This document shows, one piece after another, positions 38,195 to 47,893 of a DNA stretch of 64,000 bases. The translations under genes were made by a program, and so were the position numbers. Position 1 is the first letter of the stretch, and each line of letters opens with the position of its first letter. The DNA is from an uncultured Bacilli bacterium (GTDB lineage: Bacteria; Bacillota_I; Bacilli_A; RF39; UBA660), in assembly GCA_934168245.1 (NCBI GenBank), contig CAKPMY010000001.1, positions 201,428 through 265,427 of the forward strand, written 5' to 3'. A model generated the notes under the pieces. It was not told the DNA's origin. It did no database searches and saw only the letters and a program-made list of their open reading frames with translations.

Positions 38195-39100
38195 CTATTT
38201 TTCATTACTTTTATTTTTAGGTCTATCGATCATTTCATTAATAGTAGTACCTACAGTTGCTAGATTTTGTAATTCACTAGGAACGATTATCTTAGTAGCA
38301 TTACCATTCGCAACTTTTACCATTGCTTCATAACTCTTATATTTTAATACGGCATCATCCATACCAGCACTCTTTAATAGTTTTAATCCCTCAGCTGTAG
38401 CCTCTTGGATTTTAAGAATTGCTGTAGCCTCACCTTCTGCTTCTCTAATGTGAGCCTCACGTTTAGCATCGGCTCTTAAAATAGCACTTTCTTTTTCACC
38501 TTCAGCAATCAAAATAGCAGCCTTCTTCTCACCTTCAGCCTTTAATATTGCTTCACGTCTTTCACGTTCTGCTCTCATTTGCTTTTCCATAGCCTCTTGG
38601 ATATCCCTAGGAGGTAATATATTTTTTACCTCTACACGATTAACTTTAATTCCCCAAGGATCAGTTGCCTCATCCAAAATAACTCTCATTTTAGCATTAA
38701 TAACATCACGCGAAGTTAAAGTTTCATCCAACTCCAACTCACCAATAATATTACGTAGAGTTGTAGCCGTTAAATTCTCAATAGCGTTAACTGGATTTTC
38801 AACACCATAAGTATAAAGTTTAGAATCAGTTATTTGTAAATAAACAACTGTATCTATTTGCATAGTAACATTATCTTTAGTTATAACTGGTTGTGGAGCA
38901 AAGTCACTAACTTTCTCCTTTAAACTAACAACATTCGCAACCCTTTCAAATACTGGTATTACATAATGTAGACCAGTTTGCATAGTTCTATTATATGCAC
39001 CTAATCTTTCAACAACTATAGCCTTAGATTGTGGAATAATTTTAATTCCAGAAGCCAAGATTCCAAGAACAACAAGTAATAATATCAAACCAAATTCCAT
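38195..39100 (-). CDS. SPFH/band-7 (stomatin-like) protein
   Basis: N-terminal TM helix, an SPFH core, and a C-terminal AEGEK/REAE repeat helix. Confidence 0.9.
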   Translation of the reverse strand: MEFGLILLLVVLGILASGIKIIPQSKAIVVERLGAYNRTMQTGLHYVIPVFERVANVVSLKEKVSDFAPQPVITKDNVTMQIDTVVYLQITDSKLYTYGVENPVNAIENLTATTLRNIIGELELDETLTSRDVINAKMRVILDEATDPWGIKVNRVEVKNILPPRDIQEAMEKQMRAERERREAILKAEGEKKAAILIAEGEKESAILRADAKREAHIREAEGEATAILKIQEATAEGLKLLKSAGMDDAVLKYKSYEAMVKVANGNATKIIVPSELQNLATVGTTINEMIDRPKNKSNEK

Positions 39101-39520
39101 TTATTTTTCCTCCTTCTCAACAACAAGTTTTACACCATCTATTTTTTTAACAATAACTTTATCAGAAACATCTAAAACAGTATCACTAGTAGCCGTCCAA
39201 ATAGTACCAAGGACTTTTACTTCTCCATATTCATCTGGAGTTATTTTCTTAATTACTTCGGCTTTTTTACCAATAACTCGATCAACATTAGTTGGCACTA
39301 CATCATTACTCTTTAATTTCTTAACTACAGGTTTAGTAACCAATAAAGCAATAATACTAACAACAATAAATACTAATAGTTGTAACAAGAAATTATCAAC
39401 AAAAATTGCTAGTATCATTGAAAATAATGCCCCTATCGCAAACCAAATTGAAACTAAGTTAACTGTAGATATTTCAATAAATATTAACATTAAACATGCC
39501 GCAAACCAATAAACAGCCAT
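39101..39520 (-). CDS. NfeD-family membrane protein (partner of the SPFH protein)
   Basis: The start is ATG 39520, preceded by AGAGGTGAG. TM helices plus a C-terminal OB-like beta domain (GEVKVLGTIWTA). Immediately upstream of the SPFH gene. Confidence 0.8.
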   Translation of the reverse strand: MAVYWFAACLMLIFIEISTVNLVSIWFAIGALFSMILAIFVDNFLLQLLVFIVVSIIALLVTKPVVKKLKSNDVVPTNVDRVIGKKAEVIKKITPDEYGEVKVLGTIWTATSDTVLDVSDKVIVKKIDGVKLVVEKEEK

Positions 39521-39640
39521 AAAACTCACCTCTTTAATTATTATTATATGAAAACAAATAACAAATTTCAACAAATTTATCTTGTTTATTAAAACTATCT
39601 ATAATATAATTAAATATAAAGATAGGGAGTAACGTAGTAT

Positions 39641-40360
39641 ATGGGAAAATTAACAAAAAAAGAAACGCGTATAATTTCTCTTGCTTTAGCCACATGGGGT
39701 ATAATCATGGTAGGTTCTGGTTTCACTATGAAAAGCATGATAAAACCAACTGAGGTAAAGAAAAACGACTTAGAAGTTGTTCATAAAAGAGTCGCTGAAA
39801 TTAAAACAAATGAAATAAAATTAAAAGATATGGAATTAGAAATAAATCAATCACTAAGCGTAGATGTAAAAGATTACTTAGAAAATCTAAATGATATAGA
39901 TCAAGAAGTCTTAAAAATATTACGTCTAGATACTTCAATGGTAAAAGTAAATGAAGCTGGCACTTATACGTATACAGTTTCATATAAAAAGAAAAAATAT
40001 AATGGTACTTTTACAATTAAAGAAAAAGAACTACCAAATGTTGATTTAACTATTAAGAATCTAAGACTAACTATTGGTTCACCATTATCTACTGATAAAC
40101 AAGTATATATCAAAGAAGAGTTAACTGAAGAAATTAAAAAGAATATTCTAATAGATTTAACAGCTGTTGATACACAAAAAGTAGGAAACTATAAATATAC
40201 AGTAACTTACAATGGTATTTTATATACTGGTACAATCGAAGTATATGAACCTCAACAAAAAGTCTTAACACCTTCTAATGGTACTGAAGATGATTCTAAA
40301 AAGGAAGAAAAGAAAGACGATCAACAACCAGAACAAAAAGAAGAAACTGAAAATCAATAA
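39641..40360 (+). CDS. Membrane-anchored protein with two Ig-like repeats and an acidic tail
   Basis: N-terminal TM helix. Internal repeat: AGTYTYTVSYKKKKYNGTFTIKEKE versus VGNYKYTVTYNGILYTGTIEVYE. Confidence 0.45.
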   Translation: MGKLTKKETRIISLALATWGIIMVGSGFTMKSMIKPTEVKKNDLEVVHKRVAEIKTNEIKLKDMELEINQSLSVDVKDYLENLNDIDQEVLKILRLDTSMVKVNEAGTYTYTVSYKKKKYNGTFTIKEKELPNVDLTIKNLRLTIGSPLSTDKQVYIKEELTEEIKKNILIDLTAVDTQKVGNYKYTVTYNGILYTGTIEVYEPQQKVLTPSNGTEDDSKKEEKKDDQQPEQKEETENQ

Positions 40361-40389
40361 ATACACTAAAAAATTAGTGTATTTTTTTT
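40361..40389 (+). terminator. Intrinsic terminator
   Basis: ATACACTA-aaaaat-TAGTGTAT followed by TTTTTTT. Confidence 0.7.
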
Positions 40390-40419
40390 AAACTTGTTAA
40401 ACCAATTCCTAAAAGTTAA

Positions 40420-40463
40420 CCAATTATTAAAAATTCCCAACCCAATTATTAAAAATTCCCAAC
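40420..40463 (+). repeat. Perfect tandem direct repeat, 2 x 22 bp (CCAATTATTAAAAATTCCCAAC)
   Basis: Copies at 40420-40441 and 40442-40463 are identical. A partial third copy (ACCAATTCCTAAAAGTTAA) lies just upstream. Located 85 bp upstream of the adhesin start. Confidence 0.9.
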
Positions 40464-40547
40464 TAAAACTTATTTAATTCTTATTTTTCCCAGTTTGCAA
40501 AGAAAATTTAAACATGATATTCTCCTAGTGCAAAGAGGAGGAATAAT

Positions 40548-41969
40548 ATGAAAAAATTAATATTTGCACTAATTGGGGCATTACTACTAATAACGCCATA
40601 CACCACCCATGCTGAAACATCTAGGTTTTATGAAGCAGAATACATAAGATATACTTGGAATCGCGTAACCTCAAACAACATAAAGTTTTATCAACAAGCC
40701 AGAGTCTATAGAGAACAAGGAACAAATAACCATGTCTATTGTATAGAACCATTTGTTGGATTAGTCGACACAAAGGATTATTATAGTACTATCACTCCAG
40801 AAAATTTAACTAAAGAACAAATAGAAAGAGTCTCACAAATCGCTCACTTTGGTTATAATTATAAAGACCATTTTGATATAAAATGGTATGCCATATCCCA
40901 AATAATGATCTGGAGAACCGTAGATCCATATGCTGATTTCTACTTCACAAACAAACTAAATGGAACTAGAATAACTCTTTTAGAGGCTGAAAAGAATGAA
41001 ATTGAAAACTTAATAACAAGCTACAACACTCTTCCAAGTTTTTCAAATCAAACTTATAACATCGTAAAAGGTGAATCAATCATTTTAGAAGATCAAAATA
41101 ACGTCATAAATGACTACACTACAACAAGCAATCAAGTAACAATAGAAAATAATAAAATTTATCTAAAAGATTTAAACCTAGGCGAAAACATCATCACCTT
41201 CGAAAAAGAAGACACTTACTACAATAAACCTTTAATATTCTATCAAGGAAAAGATACTCAAAATCTCTTAATGACTGGTGACCTAGAACCTAAAACATTC
41301 CAAGTAAAGATAATTGTTCAAGAAACAGAACTAAAAATAAATAAATTAGACAAAGATACCGACAACAATAAAAATAATGGCACTGCCCAACTAGAAGGTG
41401 CTATCTATCAACTATATGATTCCAATATGAATGAACTAGATAAATTAACTATCGATGAAACTCATCAAGTAACTCTAAAAAATCTAAAATATGGTAAATA
41501 TTTCCTAAAAGAAATTAAAGCCGGTACTGGCTACGAACTAGATCAAAATACTTATTCATTCGAACTATTACCAGAAACATCAACTATTAAATTAAATCTA
41601 TATAACCAGGTAATAAAAGCCAAAGTAACTATTAATAAAAAATATATCTTAAACGATGAAAGTTTACCAGAAGAAAATATAAGTTTCAATATATACGACG
41701 AAAACAATCAATTAATTAAAACAGTAACTACAAATAATCTAGGTATAATAGAAATAGATCTTACTTATGGCAAATACAAACTAGAGCAAGTAACCACAAC
41801 TCCTGGTTATGACACCATAGATACATTTGAAATAATTATAGAAAATACTAAAGACCAAGCATTTAATCTTTTCAATCATAAAATAAAAGTACCCTATACT
41901 AAGTCCCACAAACCATCTCTACTTCTAAGAATATTAAGTATTATATTACTATGTTTTGCCAATGTCTAA
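40548..41969 (+). CDS. Surface adhesin/pilin-like protein: putative thioester (TQxA-type) domain plus two SpaA/CnaB-like domains
   Basis: Signal peptide. HVYCIEPFVG (thioester Cys context) and YAISQIMIWR (TQxA(I/V)W-like Gln context). Two prealbumin-fold repeats (GAIYQLYDSN...GKYFLKEIKAGTGYE; ISFNIYDENN...GKYKLEQVTTTPGYD). Hydrophobic C-terminus. Confidence 0.55.
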   Translation: MKKLIFALIGALLLITPYTTHAETSRFYEAEYIRYTWNRVTSNNIKFYQQARVYREQGTNNHVYCIEPFVGLVDTKDYYSTITPENLTKEQIERVSQIAHFGYNYKDHFDIKWYAISQIMIWRTVDPYADFYFTNKLNGTRITLLEAEKNEIENLITSYNTLPSFSNQTYNIVKGESIILEDQNNVINDYTTTSNQVTIENNKIYLKDLNLGENIITFEKEDTYYNKPLIFYQGKDTQNLLMTGDLEPKTFQVKIIVQETELKINKLDKDTDNNKNNGTAQLEGAIYQLYDSNMNELDKLTIDETHQVTLKNLKYGKYFLKEIKAGTGYELDQNTYSFELLPETSTIKLNLYNQVIKAKVTINKKYILNDESLPEENISFNIYDENNQLIKTVTTNNLGIIEIDLTYGKYKLEQVTTTPGYDTIDTFEIIIENTKDQAFNLFNHKIKVPYTKSHKPSLLLRILSIILLCFANV

Positions 41970-42489
41970 AAATACAAAAATAATATTACTTACTATCTTA
42001 ATAGTATTAAGTATCCTATCACCATATAAAATAAATAAAACTAATACAGTAATAAATACCATTACAACTGAATTAAAGAAAAAGGACAATAGTATAAACC
42101 GCATAAAAGAAACAGGCACCTTAGAAATACCAAAAATAAATCTAAAAAGAAACATCTATGACCCAAGTAGTAAACTAAACGATGTTGATAAAAACGTAAC
42201 CATCATAAAAGAAACTATTTCCACTAATGAAAATGGTCTAATAATATTAGCCGCTCACTCTGGTAATAATTACAATTCTTTTTTTGACAATCTAGATAAA
42301 TTAAAAGTAAATGACACAGTATACTTAACATATAAAAACAAAGATTATCACTATCAAGTAACTAGTATTCATGAAGAAAAAAGAACTGGCTATATAAACA
42401 TCAAAGATAAAAATGTAAATAGACTAATTCTAACTACTTGCAGCAAAAATAAAGGCAAACAACTCATCATCGAATGCGAAAAAAAATAG
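41956..42489 (+). CDS. Small sortase-family transpeptidase (177 aa)
   Basis: N-terminal TM anchor, catalytic His context LAAHSG and Cys motif LILTTC. Overlaps the adhesin gene by 14 nt. Confidence 0.75.
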   Translation: MPMSKNTKIILLTILIVLSILSPYKINKTNTVINTITTELKKKDNSINRIKETGTLEIPKINLKRNIYDPSSKLNDVDKNVTIIKETISTNENGLIILAAHSGNNYNSFFDNLDKLKVNDTVYLTYKNKDYHYQVTSIHEEKRTGYINIKDKNVNRLILTTCSKNKGKQLIIECEKK

Positions 42490-42501
42490 TTCAAACTCGA
42501 A

Positions 42502-43770
42502 CTATTTTTTAGTTAGTACTTCTGAGGCTTTTTGTAATTGTAAATCATTCTCATCACAAGCATTATTATAATACTCCTCAGTTAATTCTACTTCTATATC
42601 AGGAACAACACCTTTATCATTAATCCAATTACCCTTAGATGTTAACCATTTCTCTGCTGTATATTTTAAACTAGCCCCATTAGATAATTCATAAGTCTTT
42701 TGTACTGTACCTTTGCCATAAGAAGTTGTACCTATAATAGTAGCATTCTTATAATTTTCTTGAAAACAAGATGCTAATATTTCTGATGCCGATGCTGACT
42801 GACAATCTATTAAAACTACAATATCATATTTTCTCTTATCTTTCGTAGAAGCATAAAACTTTTCTACTTTTCCTTTATTTTCAATTTGATATAATACTGT
42901 TTTCTTATCAAAGAACAACGATAAAATATCTTGAACCTGGCTCAAATGTCCACCAGGATTACCTCTAACATCTATAATTAATGAATCTATTTTTTCTTTT
43001 TCTAAAGCCTTTAAATTTTTATTAAATTGTGCATATGTATTAGCCGCAAATGTTTCAATATTAATATATCCTACATTCTTACCATTACCCTCAATAATTT
43101 TACTAGAAACTGAAGATAATACAACCTCTCCAATTGTAATATTAACAGTTATTTCTTCACTATCACGTAACACTACAAATACTTGCTTATCACCCTTATT
43201 ACGTTTTATAAGTGAAGTCATATCCGTAAGCGATAAATTCTTAACATCTTTTCCATCTATTCTTAAAAACTTATCCCCTACTTTAATTCCAGCCTTTTTA
43301 GCAGGAGAATTATCCATAACTTCTACTACCTGATTTTCATTATTTTCATCATGTAAAATAGTAACTCCAACACCTATATAAGTACCATCAAGACTCTGAT
43401 TAAAACTATTAGTATCTTCTTCATTCAAATAATATGAATACGGATCATTTAAAGAACTAACCATTCCATCTATAGCCGCTCCAACCAACTTATCTTCAGA
43501 CACTTCTTCATAATAATTATTCTTAATCTTTTCATAAGCCGCTAATAGTTCAGCCTCTTTAGCTGTAACATTTACAGTATTAAATGATTTACTATAAGTT
43601 AAAATACAACCCATAATTACTCCAAATAATATTGAAATAATAATTAATAATATAACTTCAGGAATAGTAAAAGAACTATAATCTTCTGGCTTTAATTTCT
43701 TCTTAATATTAGAAAAAAACTTCTTTATACCCAAACCCATTTTATTATCTGTCTTCTTACGTTTTCTCAT
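42502..43770 (-). CDS. ctpA: Carboxy-terminal processing protease (peptidase S41) with a PDZ domain
   Basis: TM anchor. PDZ (SPAKKAGIKVGDKFLRIDGKDV). S41 motifs GNPGGHL and SASASEI. Confidence 0.85.
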   Translation of the reverse strand: MRKRKKTDNKMGLGIKKFFSNIKKKLKPEDYSSFTIPEVILLIIISILFGVIMGCILTYSKSFNTVNVTAKEAELLAAYEKIKNNYYEEVSEDKLVGAAIDGMVSSLNDPYSYYLNEEDTNSFNQSLDGTYIGVGVTILHDENNENQVVEVMDNSPAKKAGIKVGDKFLRIDGKDVKNLSLTDMTSLIKRNKGDKQVFVVLRDSEEITVNITIGEVVLSSVSSKIIEGNGKNVGYINIETFAANTYAQFNKNLKALEKEKIDSLIIDVRGNPGGHLSQVQDILSLFFDKKTVLYQIENKGKVEKFYASTKDKRKYDIVVLIDCQSASASEILASCFQENYKNATIIGTTSYGKGTVQKTYELSNGASLKYTAEKWLTSKGNWINDKGVVPDIEVELTEEYYNNACDENDLQLQKASEVLTKK

Positions 43771-43859
43771 AATATCACCTAATAATATAATAACACATAA
43801 AAAAAAAAATTAATATTAAACCAATAAAAAATAAAAAGACTAAACAGTCTTTTTACATA

Positions 43860-44378
43860 TTATTTTAAATAATCTAATATTTTATCAGCACCTTCTACAT
43901 ACTCAACAATCTTACCATCAGCAAAATTAATTAAAGTTGGACCATTAATTTTAAGTTCTGAAGCATCACTTGCTGAAGAATTACTCTCTTCACTAACAAA
44001 ACTCTTATTAAGTGCATTATTCATATCTACATAATAAATATGACTATCTTTATTATTTGTTCTATAAGTAGAAATAGCACTTGCTATATTACTAGCATTA
44101 TCTTCATCAGTTGTATCATAATAAACAACTAAATATGATGAATCTTTCATAGAAAAACTAGTACCTACTAATATTTCCTGATATTGAATTTCTACTGTTT
44201 CATCTTTATTAGTATCATTTTTAGTAGAACTATCACTCTTACCTAATATCGCAACAGTAATAAAATAAAACATTACTAAAAATGCTAATACAACTAAAGT
44301 TATTATTAAAATCTTTTTATATTCTCCATCAAAACTACTACTTTCAAATTTTACTTTTTTATTATTTTTCTTTGCCAT
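43860..44378 (-). CDS. Membrane-anchored hypothetical protein (thioredoxin-fold-like, no CxxC)
   Basis: The start is ATG 44378, preceded by GGTGGTGA. One TM helix. A terminator lies at 43826-43854. Confidence 0.4.
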   Translation of the reverse strand: MAKKNNKKVKFESSSFDGEYKKILIITLVVLAFLVMFYFITVAILGKSDSSTKNDTNKDETVEIQYQEILVGTSFSMKDSSYLVVYYDTTDEDNASNIASAISTYRTNNKDSHIYYVDMNNALNKSFVSEESNSSASDASELKINGPTLINFADGKIVEYVEGADKILDYLK

Positions 44379-44430
44379 ATAATTCACCACCAAAACCATT
44401 ATATCATAAGAAAAAAAAGAGGTAAACTCT

Positions 44431-45429
44431 TTATTTCATAGTAGGTAAATAACTAATAGACTGTGCAACTTCTACTAATTCATTTTGATTCAAAACATCA
44501 CTAACTATATAATACTCTATTCCGTTACTAGTCCAAGTAAGTGAATTATTAGTCATAACACCTAAAGTATCCATTAATTGGAATGGTTCTCCATACGTAG
44601 GTATAATCGTAAATTCATCTTCAACAACAGCTGTTTCTTCTACTAACAAGAATGGTTTATCTCCATCAAACGTCATGATAATTCTATCCCCGACATCTTT
44701 TTTTATCTTTTCTTCACTAACCAACTTAGTCCCAGTAGGTATAGCAAGCGGATAAATAGTATCATCTATTGCTGTAGTTTCCATAACTTCATCTTCACTA
44801 ACAGAATAAGTACTCATAACAGTATCCAATTTAAAATAATCTTTCTTAAATGTAGGAGAATAATCAATACTATCAAAGGTCATAGTCATACAAATAATAT
44901 TACTAGAATCATATACTTTAACCCGTTTAAAATCCCCATTCTTATCAAGTTCAATAGTCTGTTTAACTAATTTACTATTATTTGGATAATTAACATTAGT
45001 ACTTAGTGAATATCCATTCTTTGTCTCTTTAAAACTCCTATCCTTAGTATCTTTAATATCATTAACTAAAGATTTAAGTAAATAAACCTGTGAATTACTA
45101 TACGGCCAATCACTTTGAAATTTAAAACTCTTATTAAGTGCCGGAGTTAATACATATACCCCATCTGTATTCTTTAAAATAATCTGAGTATGATTATTAG
45201 CCTGATTAGTTAAAGAAACCTTATAATTATTATCCTTTTTATAACTTACTTCGACATCATAAGTATAAACCTCATCATTATTAACAATTTCTAAAACACC
45301 CGTAACCTTATAGGCACTTGCTTTATTAACCTTCTTTTCCAAGTCATTAATAACACTAGTCTCAGAATTCTTTCCACAACCAGACACTAATAATAACACC
45401 ATAATTATACCAAATAGAATTTTTCTCAT
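44431..45429 (-). CDS. Lipoprotein, LolA-like / DUF4367-like (YdcC-type)
   Basis: Lipobox LLVSGC. The C-terminal segment (TFDGDKPFLLVEE...LTWTSNGIEYYIVSD) resembles DUF4367. Confidence 0.5.
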   Translation of the reverse strand: MRKILFGIIMVLLLVSGCGKNSETSVINDLEKKVNKASAYKVTGVLEIVNNDEVYTYDVEVSYKKDNNYKVSLTNQANNHTQIILKNTDGVYVLTPALNKSFKFQSDWPYSNSQVYLLKSLVNDIKDTKDRSFKETKNGYSLSTNVNYPNNSKLVKQTIELDKNGDFKRVKVYDSSNIICMTMTFDSIDYSPTFKKDYFKLDTVMSTYSVSEDEVMETTAIDDTIYPLAIPTGTKLVSEEKIKKDVGDRIIMTFDGDKPFLLVEETAVVEDEFTIIPTYGEPFQLMDTLGVMTNNSLTWTSNGIEYYIVSDVLNQNELVEVAQSISYLPTMK

Positions 45430-45650
45430 AGTTCACCTCATCATTAAATTCTAATAAATTATATGGCAACAAAAACCTATTATTACAAGAAAAAGTATCA
45501 AACTATGATTTCCACTTTACTCATTACCAAATACCTCCTAATTTCAAATAAGGCAGCTTTTATTTTTCATATGTTTAAATAGCATTGATGATATTAAATC
45601 TTTTCAAAAAAGTAATTTTTTTCACAAAAAAAGATTAGTCGAAAACTCAA

Positions 45651-47021
45651 CTAATCTTGTGTAATTCTAATTTTTACTTTTTTAGTCTTGGCTTTATAAG
45701 TAAGTTTAACATCACTACCAGTAACTGTAACTTCTATTTCATGTTCACCAACACCATACTTTTTCAAGTCAACGTAAGCCTTTATTGTACTAGGGTCAAG
45801 ATTATTAATAACATCCTCACTACCTTCAACAATAACTGTAATCTTACTATCCTCTTCGCTTAGTGCCTGTGCCTTTAATCCAGAACCTAAATTCTCAGCA
45901 CTAACAGAGATATTATCAAACTCTTTAGTAATAGAATTATCAACATAAACATTAATCTTAACAGTCTTAACACTAAGATCTGTAATACCAGTAGGTTTCT
46001 TTAAAGTAACGTTATACTCTTTATTATCCTTTAAATCTTTAACATCAATTTCAACTTCTAGTTGTTCAAGTTTACTAACAGCATTTTCATCACCATAAAC
46101 AACAACACTAGAAATAGAAGAATCTATAGATTTAATTGCCTTACCAAAAGCAAGTTTACCAGTTGGAACTATCTTTATTGGTATCTCCTTAGATGGCGAA
46201 GTAATTGTAATTTTAGCATCAACAGTCTTAGGAACTATCTCAACATCAACAATCTTACCATTAGTATCATAAGCAACTAAAGGAACATCTTTTAATGTAA
46301 TATCTCCTGCTTTAGGATTAGGAATATTAGTAGCATCAACTAACGCCTTAACAGTTGCAACTTTCTCCAACTTATATTTAGCACCCTTAACAATAACTTC
46401 TGATCTATCAAGTTCAATATTACTAATATATAACTTACTATCTAAACTATCTTGATGTAATAAGTCATAAGTTAAACTACGAGTATCACTCTCTTTATCA
46501 TAAATAGTAACAGTTACTTGAGAAGGATCTAATTTATAATCTAATGATTTTAATCTTTGTGAATATTTTAAAGTAACCTTATGATTACCAGGTTTTAAAC
46601 CAGTTAAATCAACAGAAACGCCTTTAGAAGGAGACTGCTTTGCTAAAAAGATATGTCTCTTTTGTCCCACTAAAGTAATATCAACAGTTTTAGGTAATCC
46701 TTCAACTACATATAACTCTTCATTATACACAGCCGTAACTGGTTGATTATATAAAATCTCTGCATATTGATCAATAATTACATTTGACTCTTTATCAATA
46801 ATAACAAATACTCCAAATGCTAAAAGTAAACTAATAACAAGTAAAGTAGATTTCTTACTCATCCAACGATCTATACTCTTTGAATTATTCTTAAAGAAAT
46901 TAGTTATCATCAATATAAACTTTGTAATTGGAGTAATTAAAATTTTATCGAAGAATGTCCCAATATGATGAAAGATTCTTCCTATTTTTCTAAACATCTT
47001 CTTCATAAATCTCTTCCTCAT
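45651..47021 (-). CDS. cdaR: YbbR-domain protein CdaR (regulator of CdaA)
   Basis: TM anchor plus four YbbR-like beta repeats. Overlaps the cdaA stop. A terminator overlaps its own stop. Confidence 0.8.
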   Translation of the reverse strand: MRKRFMKKMFRKIGRIFHHIGTFFDKILITPITKFILMITNFFKNNSKSIDRWMSKKSTLLVISLLLAFGVFVIIDKESNVIIDQYAEILYNQPVTAVYNEELYVVEGLPKTVDITLVGQKRHIFLAKQSPSKGVSVDLTGLKPGNHKVTLKYSQRLKSLDYKLDPSQVTVTIYDKESDTRSLTYDLLHQDSLDSKLYISNIELDRSEVIVKGAKYKLEKVATVKALVDATNIPNPKAGDITLKDVPLVAYDTNGKIVDVEIVPKTVDAKITITSPSKEIPIKIVPTGKLAFGKAIKSIDSSISSVVVYGDENAVSKLEQLEVEIDVKDLKDNKEYNVTLKKPTGITDLSVKTVKINVYVDNSITKEFDNISVSAENLGSGLKAQALSEEDSKITVIVEGSEDVINNLDPSTIKAYVDLKKYGVGEHEIEVTVTGSDVKLTYKAKTKKVKIRITQD

Positions 47022-47829
47022 CTATCTCTTCATCATCATCTGAAAATTCTATATCCTGTTTAGGTCTTAACTCATCTATCAATAACATTCTCGTATCATC
47101 AATAGTTAAGTTATACAACAATTCACCCTTAAGTGCGACAGAAACTCTACCAGTTTCCTCAGAAACAACAATACATATAGCATCAGTTTCTTCAGCAAGT
47201 CCCAAAGCGGCTCTATGCCTAGTACCTAACCTCTTATTAATTTTTTGACTACTACTAGTTGGGAAAACTGCTCCCGCACAAGTAATTCTATCTCCCTGAA
47301 TAATAACACCACCATCATGTAATGGGTTACCTTCGTAGAATATAGCAATCAATAAGTCACTTGTTAAGTCAGCATACAACTTCTTAGCCTTATCAATATA
47401 ATTACCTAAACTAATATCTCTCTCAATTACTATTAATGCTCCTATTTTTTCTTTTCTCATATAGTCAACAGCATTAATAACTTCGTAAACCATTCTCTCT
47501 CTCTCATCAACAGTTAAAACCTTATGTCGGCCTAACAATTGATTTCTACCAAGTTGTTCCAAAATAGTTCTAATTTCTGGTTGAAATATAACTATTAAAG
47601 CAATAGGCCCCCATTGAATAATATATTCAAGTAATACACCAATAGTTGTAAATCCTAACCAATCACTTACAAACTTCAAAATTATTACAAAAGCCACTCC
47701 CTTAAAAAGTAGAGATAACTTAACATTATTCTTAATATTCTTTAAAATTAAATAAAAAACTAACCATACTAAAGAAATATCTGCAACTTTCCTCAATATT
47801 GAGATAATATCTGTCATAGTTATTGTCAT
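46990..47829 (-). CDS. cdaA: Diadenylate cyclase CdaA
   Basis: Three TM helices plus a DAC domain (HDGGVIIQG, GTRHRAALGLAEETDAICIVVSEETG). The start is ATG 47829, 8 nt after AGGAG. Confidence 0.9.
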   Translation of the reverse strand: MTITMTDIISILRKVADISLVWLVFYLILKNIKNNVKLSLLFKGVAFVIILKFVSDWLGFTTIGVLLEYIIQWGPIALIVIFQPEIRTILEQLGRNQLLGRHKVLTVDERERMVYEVINAVDYMRKEKIGALIVIERDISLGNYIDKAKKLYADLTSDLLIAIFYEGNPLHDGGVIIQGDRITCAGAVFPTSSSQKINKRLGTRHRAALGLAEETDAICIVVSEETGRVSVALKGELLYNLTIDDTRMLLIDELRPKQDIEFSDDDEEIDEEEIYEEDV

Positions 47830-47893
47830 TACATCGTCTCCTTTAAACACTCTTCTAGTATACAAAATTTTTTTAAATTAGTAAAGTTTTGCC

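Noticed and set aside
45430-45650. Tiny ORF MSKVEIIV behind an AGGAGG in the 220-bp gap downstream of cdaR
   Set aside because: It is only 8 codons with no supporting conservation information. It could be chance in AT-rich DNA.
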